The notes under the pieces are model-generated. The model made no database searches, was not told the origin of the DNA, and worked only from the letters and a program-made list of their open reading frames with translations. DNA of 64,000 bases from a bacterium. Lineage in GTDB: Bacteria; UBA8248. The first letter of the stretch is position 1. The number at the start of each line of letters is the position of its first letter. The DNA lies in NCBI GenBank assembly GCA_965221165.1, contig CBDCRP010000003.1, positions 1,472,001 to 1,536,000 of the forward strand. The letters run 5' to 3'. Made by a program: the position numbers and the translations under genes. Positions 19,130 to 27,717 of the stretch are shown here, in pieces.

Positions 19130-21272
19130 TACGCAACCTCGCCGGGCCGCCGGCCCGCCTGAGCGCGCTTCCGCGACCGGACAGACTCGGATTCGTCATG
19201 AAATAGGTGTGCGCCGTAAAATCTTCTTCGCCGCGCGGCGCGCGCTCGTAGCCGCCGTCGCCGGACATGGTCCAGCTCTGCGCATCGTCCTTGAAATTGG
19301 CCACCATGATCTGCTCGAGCACTTGTTGATGCACGGTTTCGTTCTCTATGGGCACCAGCACCTCGCAGCGGCGATCAAAATTGCGCGGCATCCAGTCCGC
19401 CGAGGTCATGAACACCTTCGCATGGGGCGAGGGCAGCGGGTGGCCGTTGGCGAAACAGACGATGCGCGAGTGTTCGAGAAAGCGCCCGATGATGCTCTTG
19501 ACCCGGATGTTCTCGGACAACCCCGGCAGGCCCGGACGCAGACAGCAGATGCCGCGCACCACCAGATCGACCTGCACGCCTGCGGCGCTCGCCTGGTAGA
19601 GCTTGTCGATGACCGTCCCGTCGACCAGCGAGTTCATCTTCGCCCAGACAGCGGCGGGCCGGCCGGCCTCGGCGTTAGCTATCTCCTCGTCAATCATCTT
19701 CAGTACGCATTTTCGCAAACCCGAGGGCGCCACGGCGACGCACTCGAAGCTGCGCGGCAGCGCATAGCCGGTGGTCAGGTTGAACACCTGCGCGGCGTCG
19801 TGGGCGAGCCGCTCATCGCAGGTAAAAAACGACAGGTCGGTATAGATCCGCGCGGTGATCGGATGATAATTGCCCGTGCCGAAATGCACGTAGCTGCGCA
19901 GGTCGTCGCCCTCGCGCCGCACGACGCAGGTGACCTTGGCGTGGGTCTTGAGCTTCATGAAGCCGTAGACCACGTGGACGCCGGCGCGCTCCAATGATTG
20001 GGAGAGCTTGAGGTTGGTCTCCTCGTCGAAGCGCGCCTTGAGCTCGACCAGCGCGGTGACCGATTTGCCCGATTCCGCCGCCGCGATGAGCGCCTTGACT
20101 ATCGGCGACTCCGCGGTCGTGCGGTAAAGCGTTTGTTTTATCGCCAGCACGTTCTGGTCGGCCGCCGCCTGTTCGAGAAACTGCACCACCACGTCGAAAC
20201 TCTCATAGGGGTGGTGCACGACGATGTCCTTCTGGCGAATCGCCGCGAAGCAATCGTTGTCGTACTCGCGGATGCGCTCGGGGAAGCGCGCCTGGTAGGC
20301 CGTAAAAATCAAATCCGCCCGCCCGCAATCGATCAACTCGCCGAGTTGCGCCATGCCGATCGTGCCGGTCAACTCCACGATGTCATCGGGCTGCGCGTCG
20401 AACTCGTTTATCACCAGCTCACGCAGCGAGTCCGGCACATCGGCGCTCAGGCTCAGGCGCACCACGCCGCCGAGCCGGCGGCGGCGCAACATGGTTTCGA
20501 ACAAGAGCACGAGGTCTTCGGCCTCTTCTTCGTACTCGATGTCGCTGTCGCGGATCAGGCGGAACACGCCGCTGCCGACGATTCGGTAGCCGGGGAACAA
20601 CTGGTCGATGAACAAGCGCACCAGATCCTCCAGCGCGATAAAGCGGACCTCCTCCCCCGGCAGGCGGGCGAAGCGGCGCACCTGAGCGGGCAGGGGAACC
20701 AGCGCCCGCATCCTGCGCGCCCCCTCGGTGGCTTCTAATTCGAGCGCGAGGGAGAAGCCGCGATTGGCGATGAACGGAAACGGGTGCGCCGGGTCGATGG
20801 CCAGGGGCGTCAGTACGGGAAAGACCTGCTTCAGGAAATAATCGCCCAGCCAGGCCACCTCCTCGGCGCTCAGGTCTTTCGCGGTGACCACCGAGATGCC
20901 GGCCTCGGCGAGTTCGCCTTGCAAGAGCGCCCACACCGCCTCCTGCTCGTGAATCAGCCGCGCGCTCTCCTGAACGACTTCGACCAACTGCTCGGCGGGC
21001 GTACGGCCATCGAGGCTCTTCTGGGTAACGCCGTTGGCCACCTGGCCCTTGAGACCCGCGAGGCGCACCATGAAGAATTCATCGAGGTTGCTGGCCGATA
21101 TCGACAAAAAGCGCAGTCGCTCCAGCAGGGGGTGTCGGTGGTTGCTCGCCTCGGCGAGCACGCGCCAGTTGAAGCCGAGCCAGGAGAGCTCCCGATTCAG
21201 ATAGCGGCGGCGCGGATCGAGGATCGGCTCGGCGGCGACGAATGAGGATTCCTCTTCGGCCAGGGGCGTCAT
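19113..21272 (-). CDS. ppk1: Polyphosphate kinase 1
   Basis: [52 protein letters not shown]. Confidence 0.96.
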   Translation of the reverse strand: MTPLAEEESSFVAAEPILDPRRRYLNRELSWLGFNWRVLAEASNHRHPLLERLRFLSISASNLDEFFMVRLAGLKGQVANGVTQKSLDGRTPAEQLVEVVQESARLIHEQEAVWALLQGELAEAGISVVTAKDLSAEEVAWLGDYFLKQVFPVLTPLAIDPAHPFPFIANRGFSLALELEATEGARRMRALVPLPAQVRRFARLPGEEVRFIALEDLVRLFIDQLFPGYRIVGSGVFRLIRDSDIEYEEEAEDLVLLFETMLRRRRLGGVVRLSLSADVPDSLRELVINEFDAQPDDIVELTGTIGMAQLGELIDCGRADLIFTAYQARFPERIREYDNDCFAAIRQKDIVVHHPYESFDVVVQFLEQAAADQNVLAIKQTLYRTTAESPIVKALIAAAESGKSVTALVELKARFDEETNLKLSQSLERAGVHVVYGFMKLKTHAKVTCVVRREGDDLRSYVHFGTGNYHPITARIYTDLSFFTCDERLAHDAAQVFNLTTGYALPRSFECVAVAPSGLRKCVLKMIDEEIANAEAGRPAAVWAKMNSLVDGTVIDKLYQASAAGVQVDLVVRGICCLRPGLPGLSENIRVKSIIGRFLEHSRIVCFANGHPLPSPHAKVFMTSADWMPRNFDRRCEVLVPIENETVHQQVLEQIMVANFKDDAQSWTMSGDGGYERAPRGEEDFTAHTYFMTNPSLSGRGSALRRAGGPARLRIAEDG

Positions 21273-21494
21273 GCTCTGCGTCCTCTTCGAGAACCTCGCG
21301 GGACATATCGGCTCAGGCGCCGCCAACCCGGCCGAACCATCCAAAACGACCGGATTGATTCGGCGACGCCGCCTCGGTGACGAGCGCATTCTAATCCGCG
21401 CGAACGGCTGAATGCAATGGAGGGTGGGGGGGGGGAGTTTCAGGATTCAAGGGGTTTTGTTGTACTCGGTGGTGAATTCAAAGACAGGACTACA

Positions 21495-21625
21495 TCAGAA
21501 TGTACGGGGCAGCCTCATACCGCGACAACTTCGTCCCTGACGAGATGCAGCCTGGCTACTCTGGCGTCATAGCCGCCTTCGACGGCTTCTGTGACTTCGA
21601 AGATTACTTCGCTCTGTTTCATCAT
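21495..21625 (-). pseudogene. Relic of a HicB-like antitoxin (internal deletion) plus the first codons of a HicA toxin
   Basis: GGAGG SD, MMKQSEVIFEVTEAVEGGYDAR-VARLHLVRDEVVAV* (21625-21515), overlapping via ATGA with MRLPRTF* (21518-21495); too short for the ORF track. Confidence 0.65.
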
Positions 21626-21749
21626 TAGCCTCCAACCCGTCGGGAGTGGATATCATCTTAGAGGTGTTATAAGTCCGCACGTAGGTGAAACCACAAAATA
21701 GGTGACGTAGAATCAAGGGCCAAATTGAAGTAGTCGCGATTTCAATACG

Positions 21750-22472
21750 ATGAGGAAAACAATGTCAGCCCGTAAAATGACCAATGAGCCGGAATTTCAA
21801 GGACAGGTGATAGTTTGGCTCAACGAAGAGATAGCAAAGCGACCCGGAATTCCAGTCGAGAAAGCAACGCAAGAAAAACCTCGTTCCTCGTCTGGGAAAC
21901 GTAGCGATCTCATTATTTGGTTCGACCGCATTAGCGAATCTGCATTCCTTACTTTAGAGTTAAAAACACCTACAACATACATAAACGATCCTGAATTCTT
22001 TACCGACGCAATCGAGAAAGCTCGACACTGGAACGCGCCATACTTTGCACTTTGGAATATGCAGGAGTTAGAAGTCTATTCTACACCCCCAATGGAACGA
22101 GCCGTTCTCCCTACTGACGCAATCACACGATCATCCTTGTCACCTGCCATTACCAAGGTTGAAAATTGGCTTAAGCCAGCATTTACAAAAGAGTTGCGAA
22201 CTAAAGCTATCGATATATTGAACACAGCCTTAGAGCACTATACTAGAGACTCCACCACCGGACACGCAATTGATAGCGAGATATTCGTTAATCGACTGAC
22301 AGCCACAATTCACCAAATTCGCGAAATCTTGCATCGTGACCTTGCCAAAGCTGCGGCTACCGACGGCAAGCTGCGACGCAAAATCAACAGGATTGCCGCC
22401 GAGCAAGGGTTCAAAGGATTCGTTGAAGACATTGTTATGCAGTGGCCGGACAAATTGGGTACCGTTTCGTAG
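21750..22472 (+). CDS. Type IIG-like RM enzyme, N-terminal PD-(D/E)xK nuclease part
   Basis: RSDLIIW..LELK motif, FALWN; probably continuous with the next ORF across a 1-nt deletion near 22434. Confidence 0.65.
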   Translation: MRKTMSARKMTNEPEFQGQVIVWLNEEIAKRPGIPVEKATQEKPRSSSGKRSDLIIWFDRISESAFLTLELKTPTTYINDPEFFTDAIEKARHWNAPYFALWNMQELEVYSTPPMERAVLPTDAITRSSLSPAITKVENWLKPAFTKELRTKAIDILNTALEHYTRDSTTGHAIDSEIFVNRLTATIHQIREILHRDLAKAAATDGKLRRKINRIAAEQGFKGFVEDIVMQWPDKLGTVS

Positions 22473-23800
22473 GCCAGATCCTCTTTTACTTCGCCCTCAA
22501 GCGCAAGATTCCAACACTGAAGCAACTGAAGCTCACGGCAGGAGACGTACTCCCATCTGCTTTTCAACCATACTGGAATGACGTCCGCCGTTATGATTAT
22601 GAAGCACTTTTCAAACCGGAACCTATCGACTCAATAATACCGATTGCTGAAGAAGTAACAAGGCTTATCTCACACTTGGCTGACTATCTGTCTAATTATG
22701 ACTGGGCCTCGTTAACCGACGATGTGCTCGGGTCCATTTTTGAACACTTGATACCTGAGGAAGAACAGATACTCCTTGGCCAATTTTATACTTCACGGAC
22801 AGTCGCCGATCTTCTCGTTGCTTTCACTGTAGACGGTGATCGTCCACTTGTGCTTGATCCAGGTTGCGGTAGTGGTACGTTTCTGATGTCTGCCTATAGC
22901 TACCTCGCTCACACTGCCGCACTTTCCCACAAGGAACTTCTACCAACCATCTGGGGATTTGATATCAGTCCCTTCGCTGCAGAACTGGCTGTGATCAATA
23001 TGTACCGCCAAGACATGTCGGAATTTGAAAACTTTCCCAGAATTGTTCCTGGAAACTTTTTTGATCGTTTGCCTGGTGAGTCGGTGGAATTCCCCGCGCC
23101 GCGCATTCCATCTGAGACAAAGAAAATTCCTGTACCTATTCCGCATTTCGATTGTATCGTCGGCAATCCACCGTATCTACGTTCGCAAAATCAGGATGAT
23201 CTCGACCCAACGTACCAACGCCAGTTATTCAGTGCAGCCGCGAAGGCCGGTATAAAGGCATCTTCGAAGACAGATCTATTTGCGTTTTTCATTTACCACT
23301 CTATGAAGTTCATGAACTTGGGTTCGCGAATAGGCTTCGTAACACCCGCGAGTTGGCTGACAGCAAATTATGCCCGCTCTCTCCAAGAAATGCTTCTTGG
23401 CGAAATCAGATTATCCGTGGTCTTGGCATCAACAGCAGAATCATTCTTTCCTCAGGTGGATGTGAATACTGTCCTGTTGGTAGCAGAGAAAGTAGATCGA
23501 AAGACTAAAGATAAACCTATTCGTTTTGTAACCCTAAAGCATCCGATCTCAGAACTTACGGCCGGCAGCAAACCCCACTGGACGCGAATAACAGAACTTG
23601 TCGATGAAATCGAAATTTCTAATGTTTCCGTCGAAAACAACCGCTATCGAATTAAATGTGTAGACCCTTCAAAGGAACGGGCAGCAATGGCAACTCAAAA
23701 TAAAACCGCTTTGAACTGGTCGAAATATATCCGTGCTCCAATCTCATACTACGAGATTTTCGAAGGGGATTTGGGATGTTCACCTCAATATCAGAGATAG
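22442..23800 (+). CDS. N6-adenine DNA methyltransferase (gamma class) part of Type IIG-like RM
   Basis: LGQFYT, LDPGCGSGTFL, GFDI, VGNPPY, YARSLQ. Confidence 0.9.
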   Translation: MAGQIGYRFVGQILFYFALKRKIPTLKQLKLTAGDVLPSAFQPYWNDVRRYDYEALFKPEPIDSIIPIAEEVTRLISHLADYLSNYDWASLTDDVLGSIFEHLIPEEEQILLGQFYTSRTVADLLVAFTVDGDRPLVLDPGCGSGTFLMSAYSYLAHTAALSHKELLPTIWGFDISPFAAELAVINMYRQDMSEFENFPRIVPGNFFDRLPGESVEFPAPRIPSETKKIPVPIPHFDCIVGNPPYLRSQNQDDLDPTYQRQLFSAAAKAGIKASSKTDLFAFFIYHSMKFMNLGSRIGFVTPASWLTANYARSLQEMLLGEIRLSVVLASTAESFFPQVDVNTVLLVAEKVDRKTKDKPIRFVTLKHPISELTAGSKPHWTRITELVDEIEISNVSVENNRYRIKCVDPSKERAAMATQNKTALNWSKYIRAPISYYEIFEGDLGCSPQYQR

Positions 23801-25161
23801 CTAAGGTCTCTCTAGGATTTAAGTCACTACAAAATCAATTTTATTATTTAAATAAGACAACTATTGACACCTATGGGATTGAATCCCGTTTTCTTAAGCC
23901 GCTTTTGAAACTTCGAGATATGAACTCTAATCTCTTTTTTCAGAATCCTGGCATTCCACAATGGTTGTTTGACTGTCAGATATCTAAGAATGACCTGCGA
24001 GGTACGGGAGCTCTGAAATACATTGAAGCTATGGCCGACCGAAGGGCCACACGAAAAAAACAGTCCGGGAAATTGAAAACAATTTACGAAACGCTAGAAG
24101 CACAAGGAGGTAGCATTTGGTATGCACTCAAAGCTCGCCCGCACAAGCATCACGTCTGGCTTCGCAAGGGGATAAATGGCGTGTTTTCGCCTTTATTGTT
24201 CTCTACTCCGACCTTGCTAGATCAACGACTTAATAGCCTTACGCCAGCCACCGGCATCGAATGGAAAGAACTGGCAGCCGTTCTCACAACTTCTTTGTTT
24301 AGTTTTAGTGTTGAAATAAATGGTTCTGCCGGTATGGGAGCTGGTGTCTTGGAAGCGGCTACGACAAAAGTACAGAAATATCCAGTCCTCGACATTCGAC
24401 AACTCTCGGAGAAGCAAAGGGGAGAGCTTGTTATGCTCGCTGAAGCAGTCTGGAAAAATGAATCTCCTGTGGACTGGTCACACGCCGCTCCCACACCTGG
24501 CACAGCCCTCGCTGCCCTCGACAAGTGGGCACTTGATGTCATTGGTAGTGATGTACCCATCCAGAGGCTCTACGATGACCTGAAACAGGCATGTCATTCG
24601 AGAATCGCCCTCGCCAAAGACAAAACTAAAAAGACGAAAAAGCAACAACAGGACAATACCGGAAGGGTTGCACAAGCAATCACTAAAGTCGTGGAGGTGA
24701 CGGTAAAGTCTCGCAATTTTCCCGAAGACTTCGTTGAGGACGCAGAACTCGATGTCGAGTTTAATTTCGACCGCTCATCTTTGCGAACGATAACAATATT
24801 GCCACTGATAGACATACATCAGATCAAGATTACTAATTCCAACGGTGATGTAGTTTTCGATAAAAACTATTCACATCCAGTTTCTGAAGCCCTGATTAGA
24901 GCTATCCTGTGGGGTCGATCAAATTTTAGACTCAAAGATGATCGTGAATTGATGATCGCTGCAGTCTCAGATTTCATAACTTTCGTTTCGGATTTTGAAA
25001 AGAAAATTGACGAGATGGTTGCTGAGTCGGCTCTGGGAACCGGCTACGAAAAACGACTCAAGGATGAAGTTTTTGAGCAACTGGGAATACACCCCCTCGC
25101 AGGAATAAACATATTACCGCTGCAGATAACGCTTGCGATCAGCAGATATACAACCAAGTGA
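23776..25161 (+). CDS. Putative target-recognition (TRD) portion of the RM system
   Basis: Starts SISEIAKVSLGFKS..NQFYYL like the post-MTase segment of Type IIG enzymes; GAGVLE motif; overlaps the MTase by 25 nt. Confidence 0.6.
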   Translation: MFTSISEIAKVSLGFKSLQNQFYYLNKTTIDTYGIESRFLKPLLKLRDMNSNLFFQNPGIPQWLFDCQISKNDLRGTGALKYIEAMADRRATRKKQSGKLKTIYETLEAQGGSIWYALKARPHKHHVWLRKGINGVFSPLLFSTPTLLDQRLNSLTPATGIEWKELAAVLTTSLFSFSVEINGSAGMGAGVLEAATTKVQKYPVLDIRQLSEKQRGELVMLAEAVWKNESPVDWSHAAPTPGTALAALDKWALDVIGSDVPIQRLYDDLKQACHSRIALAKDKTKKTKKQQQDNTGRVAQAITKVVEVTVKSRNFPEDFVEDAELDVEFNFDRSSLRTITILPLIDIHQIKITNSNGDVVFDKNYSHPVSEALIRAILWGRSNFRLKDDRELMIAAVSDFITFVSDFEKKIDEMVAESALGTGYEKRLKDEVFEQLGIHPLAGINILPLQITLAISRYTTK

Positions 25162-25244
25162 ATTTCCCTCTTTTGTGTAATGCGACCTAGTTCGTCAGTC
25201 AAAGACTGTTACACCAGGACGGCTTGTTGAAAGACACCCATTTC

Positions 25245-25307
25245 TGATGGAGGCGGCGGGAATCGAACCCGCGTCCGCAAGGCTTCCGTCGTGAGCGTCT
25301 ACGCGCG
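25245..25307 (-). repeat. Duplicate of the tmRNA 3' end (att-like direct repeat)
   Basis: 62/63 identical to 26465-26527; the mismatch turns terminal CCACCA into CCATCA. Confidence 0.95.
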
Positions 25308-25308
25308 C

Positions 25309-26124
25309 CTATTCATCAAGCCGCACACTCTGTACGATGTATCCGCCGGACTTCTTGTCGTATTCCAGATCCAGCATCCCTCGGGCTTTCGCGTCTTCCA
25401 GTAGGTGCTTGAACGTTTTGTATCCGTGATAGGATTCGCTGAATCCCGGTTTGCGGCGTTTCAGGGCCTGCTTCACCATCGATCCCCAGACCTTTTCTTC
25501 CTCGCCCCGCTCCCGGGACAAGTCCTCGGTCGTCTCCAGGACCAGATTGAGCCCTTCCAGCCGTTTTTCCTCGTCGCCGTCGATGACTTTCTTTCTTCCG
25601 GCGCCGGCGGTCGGCCGTTTCCGTTTGGCCTTTCCCTGTTTTTCGGATTCGCGCATCAAGTCGTCGTAATAGATGAACTCGTCGCAGTTCGAGGTCAGCA
25701 AGTCGGAGGTCGAGTTCTTTACGCCGACGCCGACGACGACCTTGTTGTTCTCGCGGAGCTTGCTGACCAAAGGCGAAAAATCGGAATCGCCGCTGATAAT
25801 CACGAAGGTATCGACGTGCGCCTTGGTATAGCAGAGGTCCAATGCGTCGACTACCATGCGAATGTCGGCGGAGTTCTTGCCGGACATGCGGACGTGCGGT
25901 ATGTCGATCAACTCGAAGGCCGCCTCGTGCATGGGAGCCTTGAATTCCTTGTAACGCGCCCAATTGCAGTAGGCTTTCTTTACGACGATGCTGCCCTTGA
26001 GCAGTATGCGCTCCAGCACCCTTTGAATATCGAAAGCCGCGTATTTGGCGTCGCGAACGCCAAGGGCGATGTTTTCGAAATCGCAAAACAGGGCCATGTT
26101 CTGAATGGTGCTTTTTTCGGTCAT
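25309..26124 (-). CDS. NYN domain (LabA/DUF88, PIN-like) protein with C-terminal OST-HTH/LOTUS domain
   Basis: ALFCDFEN, GKNSADIRMVVDA, SGDSDFSPL, CDEFIYYD; C-terminal PGFSESYHGYKTFKHLLE. Confidence 0.9.
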   Translation of the reverse strand: MTEKSTIQNMALFCDFENIALGVRDAKYAAFDIQRVLERILLKGSIVVKKAYCNWARYKEFKAPMHEAAFELIDIPHVRMSGKNSADIRMVVDALDLCYTKAHVDTFVIISGDSDFSPLVSKLRENNKVVVGVGVKNSTSDLLTSNCDEFIYYDDLMRESEKQGKAKRKRPTAGAGRKKVIDGDEEKRLEGLNLVLETTEDLSRERGEEEKVWGSMVKQALKRRKPGFSESYHGYKTFKHLLEDAKARGMLDLEYDKKSGGYIVQSVRLDE

Positions 26125-26464
26125 CTCGACTCTCGTTCGCTCGGCGGCGCATGGCGCTTATCCGCCCCGGCCGCGCTCGGCGACGGTGGTGAAGCAACCG
26201 CCCGAACCGCTGCGCAAGAACTTCGCGCCATCCGCCAAGCCGATTCGTGGATACAGCGGCAACCCACCTTGTCGCATGGATCGGGGCGAAGAGGCAATTC
26301 GCCCTTTCCCAAGCCCGGCGTCACGAGATGCGCTCGCTATGCCCACCCCGGCCATGACGCAAGACGAGACGCTGCCGGGCTTATCGAGGATCACGCCGCG
26401 AGGGCGGTCCATTCCCCCCGGCAGGGGGAGAGGAACACATGCAATGGAAACACAAAAGGTTGAA

Positions 26465-26825
26465 TGGTGGAGGCGGCGGGAATCGAACCCGCGTCCGCAA
26501 GGCTTCCGTCGTGAGCGTCTACGCGCGTAGCCGGTGGTAAGGGTTTCGCCCGATCTCAAGCCCACCGGCGGGCCATCCTCCGGGCTAGTCCGATTAGAAT
26601 TCGCCTAGCAGGCTCCGGACCGAAACCTGGGTCGGCTAGTCCGCATCATGACGCTCCACACCTCCCCCGCGGACGAGGCGAGGGGGAACGCTCGCTAGCG
26701 TTTAAGCAGCGAGAGCCAGCTCGTTGTCGGCTGGTGTGATTTTGCCACATTGATAACGGGGCCAAGTGGCGTCCCCGGCGCGCAGCTCAGACTTCAAATC
26801 CTCCCGTCGAAACCGGATCGCCCCC
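26465..26825 (-). ncRNA. ssrA: tmRNA (one-piece, 361 nt), tag (A)ADNELALAA
   Basis: 5' GGGGGCGATCCGGTTTCGAC; 3' GCGGGTTCGATTCCCGCCGCCTCCACCA; tag ORF at 26731-26702; downstream of smpB. Confidence 0.96.
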
Positions 26826-26886
26826 ATGAGAGATGAACCTCGCGCCCGGGGCGGCGATCATCGCCCCGCGCCCGATGCAGAATACG

Positions 26887-27093
26887 CTATTTCCGCCTCC
26901 TCCACATTTTCGGGTAGAAGACGTAGCTCAGGTACGCGGCGGGGAGCAGGAATATCAGCCAGAGCCAGAGCAGCCGGCCCTCGAAGGCTCCCGGCCAGGT
27001 GGCGCCGACGGCCAGACCGAACGCGGCCATCGAGATTTTGAGCAGACTCACCTGCCACCAGCGCATCGTATAGTCTCTGAACATGTTCATCAT
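26887..27093 (-). CDS. Small 2-TM membrane protein between smpB and ssrA
   Basis: 68 aa, ATGA overlap with smpB stop, two hydrophobic helices, basic tail. Confidence 0.7.
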   Translation of the reverse strand: MMNMFRDYTMRWWQVSLLKISMAAFGLAVGATWPGAFEGRLLWLWLIFLLPAAYLSYVFYPKMWRRRK

Positions 27094-27557
27094 CCCCGGT
27101 TCCTCTCCCTCAGCGCGCGCTCGATCTCGCGATTAGCGGCGCGTTTTTTGAGCTCCTCGCGGCGATCATGGAACTTCTTGCCCTTGCCCACGCCGATCTC
27201 CACCTTCGCGCGGCCCCGGGCGAAGTACATCTTCATCGGCACGAGCGTCATGCCCCTCTCGTTCACCCGGCCGATGAGGCGCCCGATCTCGCGCTTGTGA
27301 AGCAGGAGCTTTCTCCGGCGCGTGGGCTCGTGATTATTGATGTTGCCGTGCCCGTAGGGGCTGATGTGGCAATCGACCAGCCAGGCCTCGCCGTCGATGA
27401 TGTCCCCGTAGCTCTCCTTCAGGTTCGCGCGGCCCTCGCGAAGCGCCTTCACTTCCGTGCCCGTGAGGACGAGGCCCGCCTCGTAGGTTTCATCAATCGC
27501 ATAATCGGCGCGGGCGCGCCTGTTCTCCGCAACAATCTTGATGCCGCCCGCCATCAT
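27090..27557 (-). CDS. smpB: SsrA-binding protein
   Basis: NRRAR, EAGLVLTGTEVKALR, RKLLLHKREI, GKKFHDRRE. Confidence 0.97.
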   Translation of the reverse strand: MMAGGIKIVAENRRARADYAIDETYEAGLVLTGTEVKALREGRANLKESYGDIIDGEAWLVDCHISPYGHGNINNHEPTRRRKLLLHKREIGRLIGRVNERGMTLVPMKMYFARGRAKVEIGVGKGKKFHDRREELKKRAANREIERALRERNRG

Positions 27558-27717
27558 CCACTCCACGAAACCCAAGAAAAAGAAAGAGGAGCGCATCGCT
27601 CCCCGCGTCTCCCTCATATCGAGAAACAATATAGCCCCTCACGAAATTTTTCGCCACAGGGAAAATTCACGGGATAGACGGCAGACCGGGATCAGGAAAC
27701 GCAAACCGCTCAGGGGA

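Larger units (their letters stand above)
21418..25244. mobile_element. AT-rich genomic island downstream of ssrA (RM + TA relic), no integrase
   Basis: Abrupt visible GC drop, defence cargo, bounded on the right by the tmRNA 3'-end copy; left border approximate. Confidence 0.6.

Noticed and set aside
25245-25290. tRNA gene suggested by the GGTTCGATTCCC T-arm
   Set aside because: Only a copy of the tmRNA 3' end; no D-arm, anticodon arm or 5' acceptor strand
26105-26565. ORFs overlapping the tmRNA 3' end
   Set aside because: WWRRRESNPRP is the familiar antisense translation of tRNA-like ends
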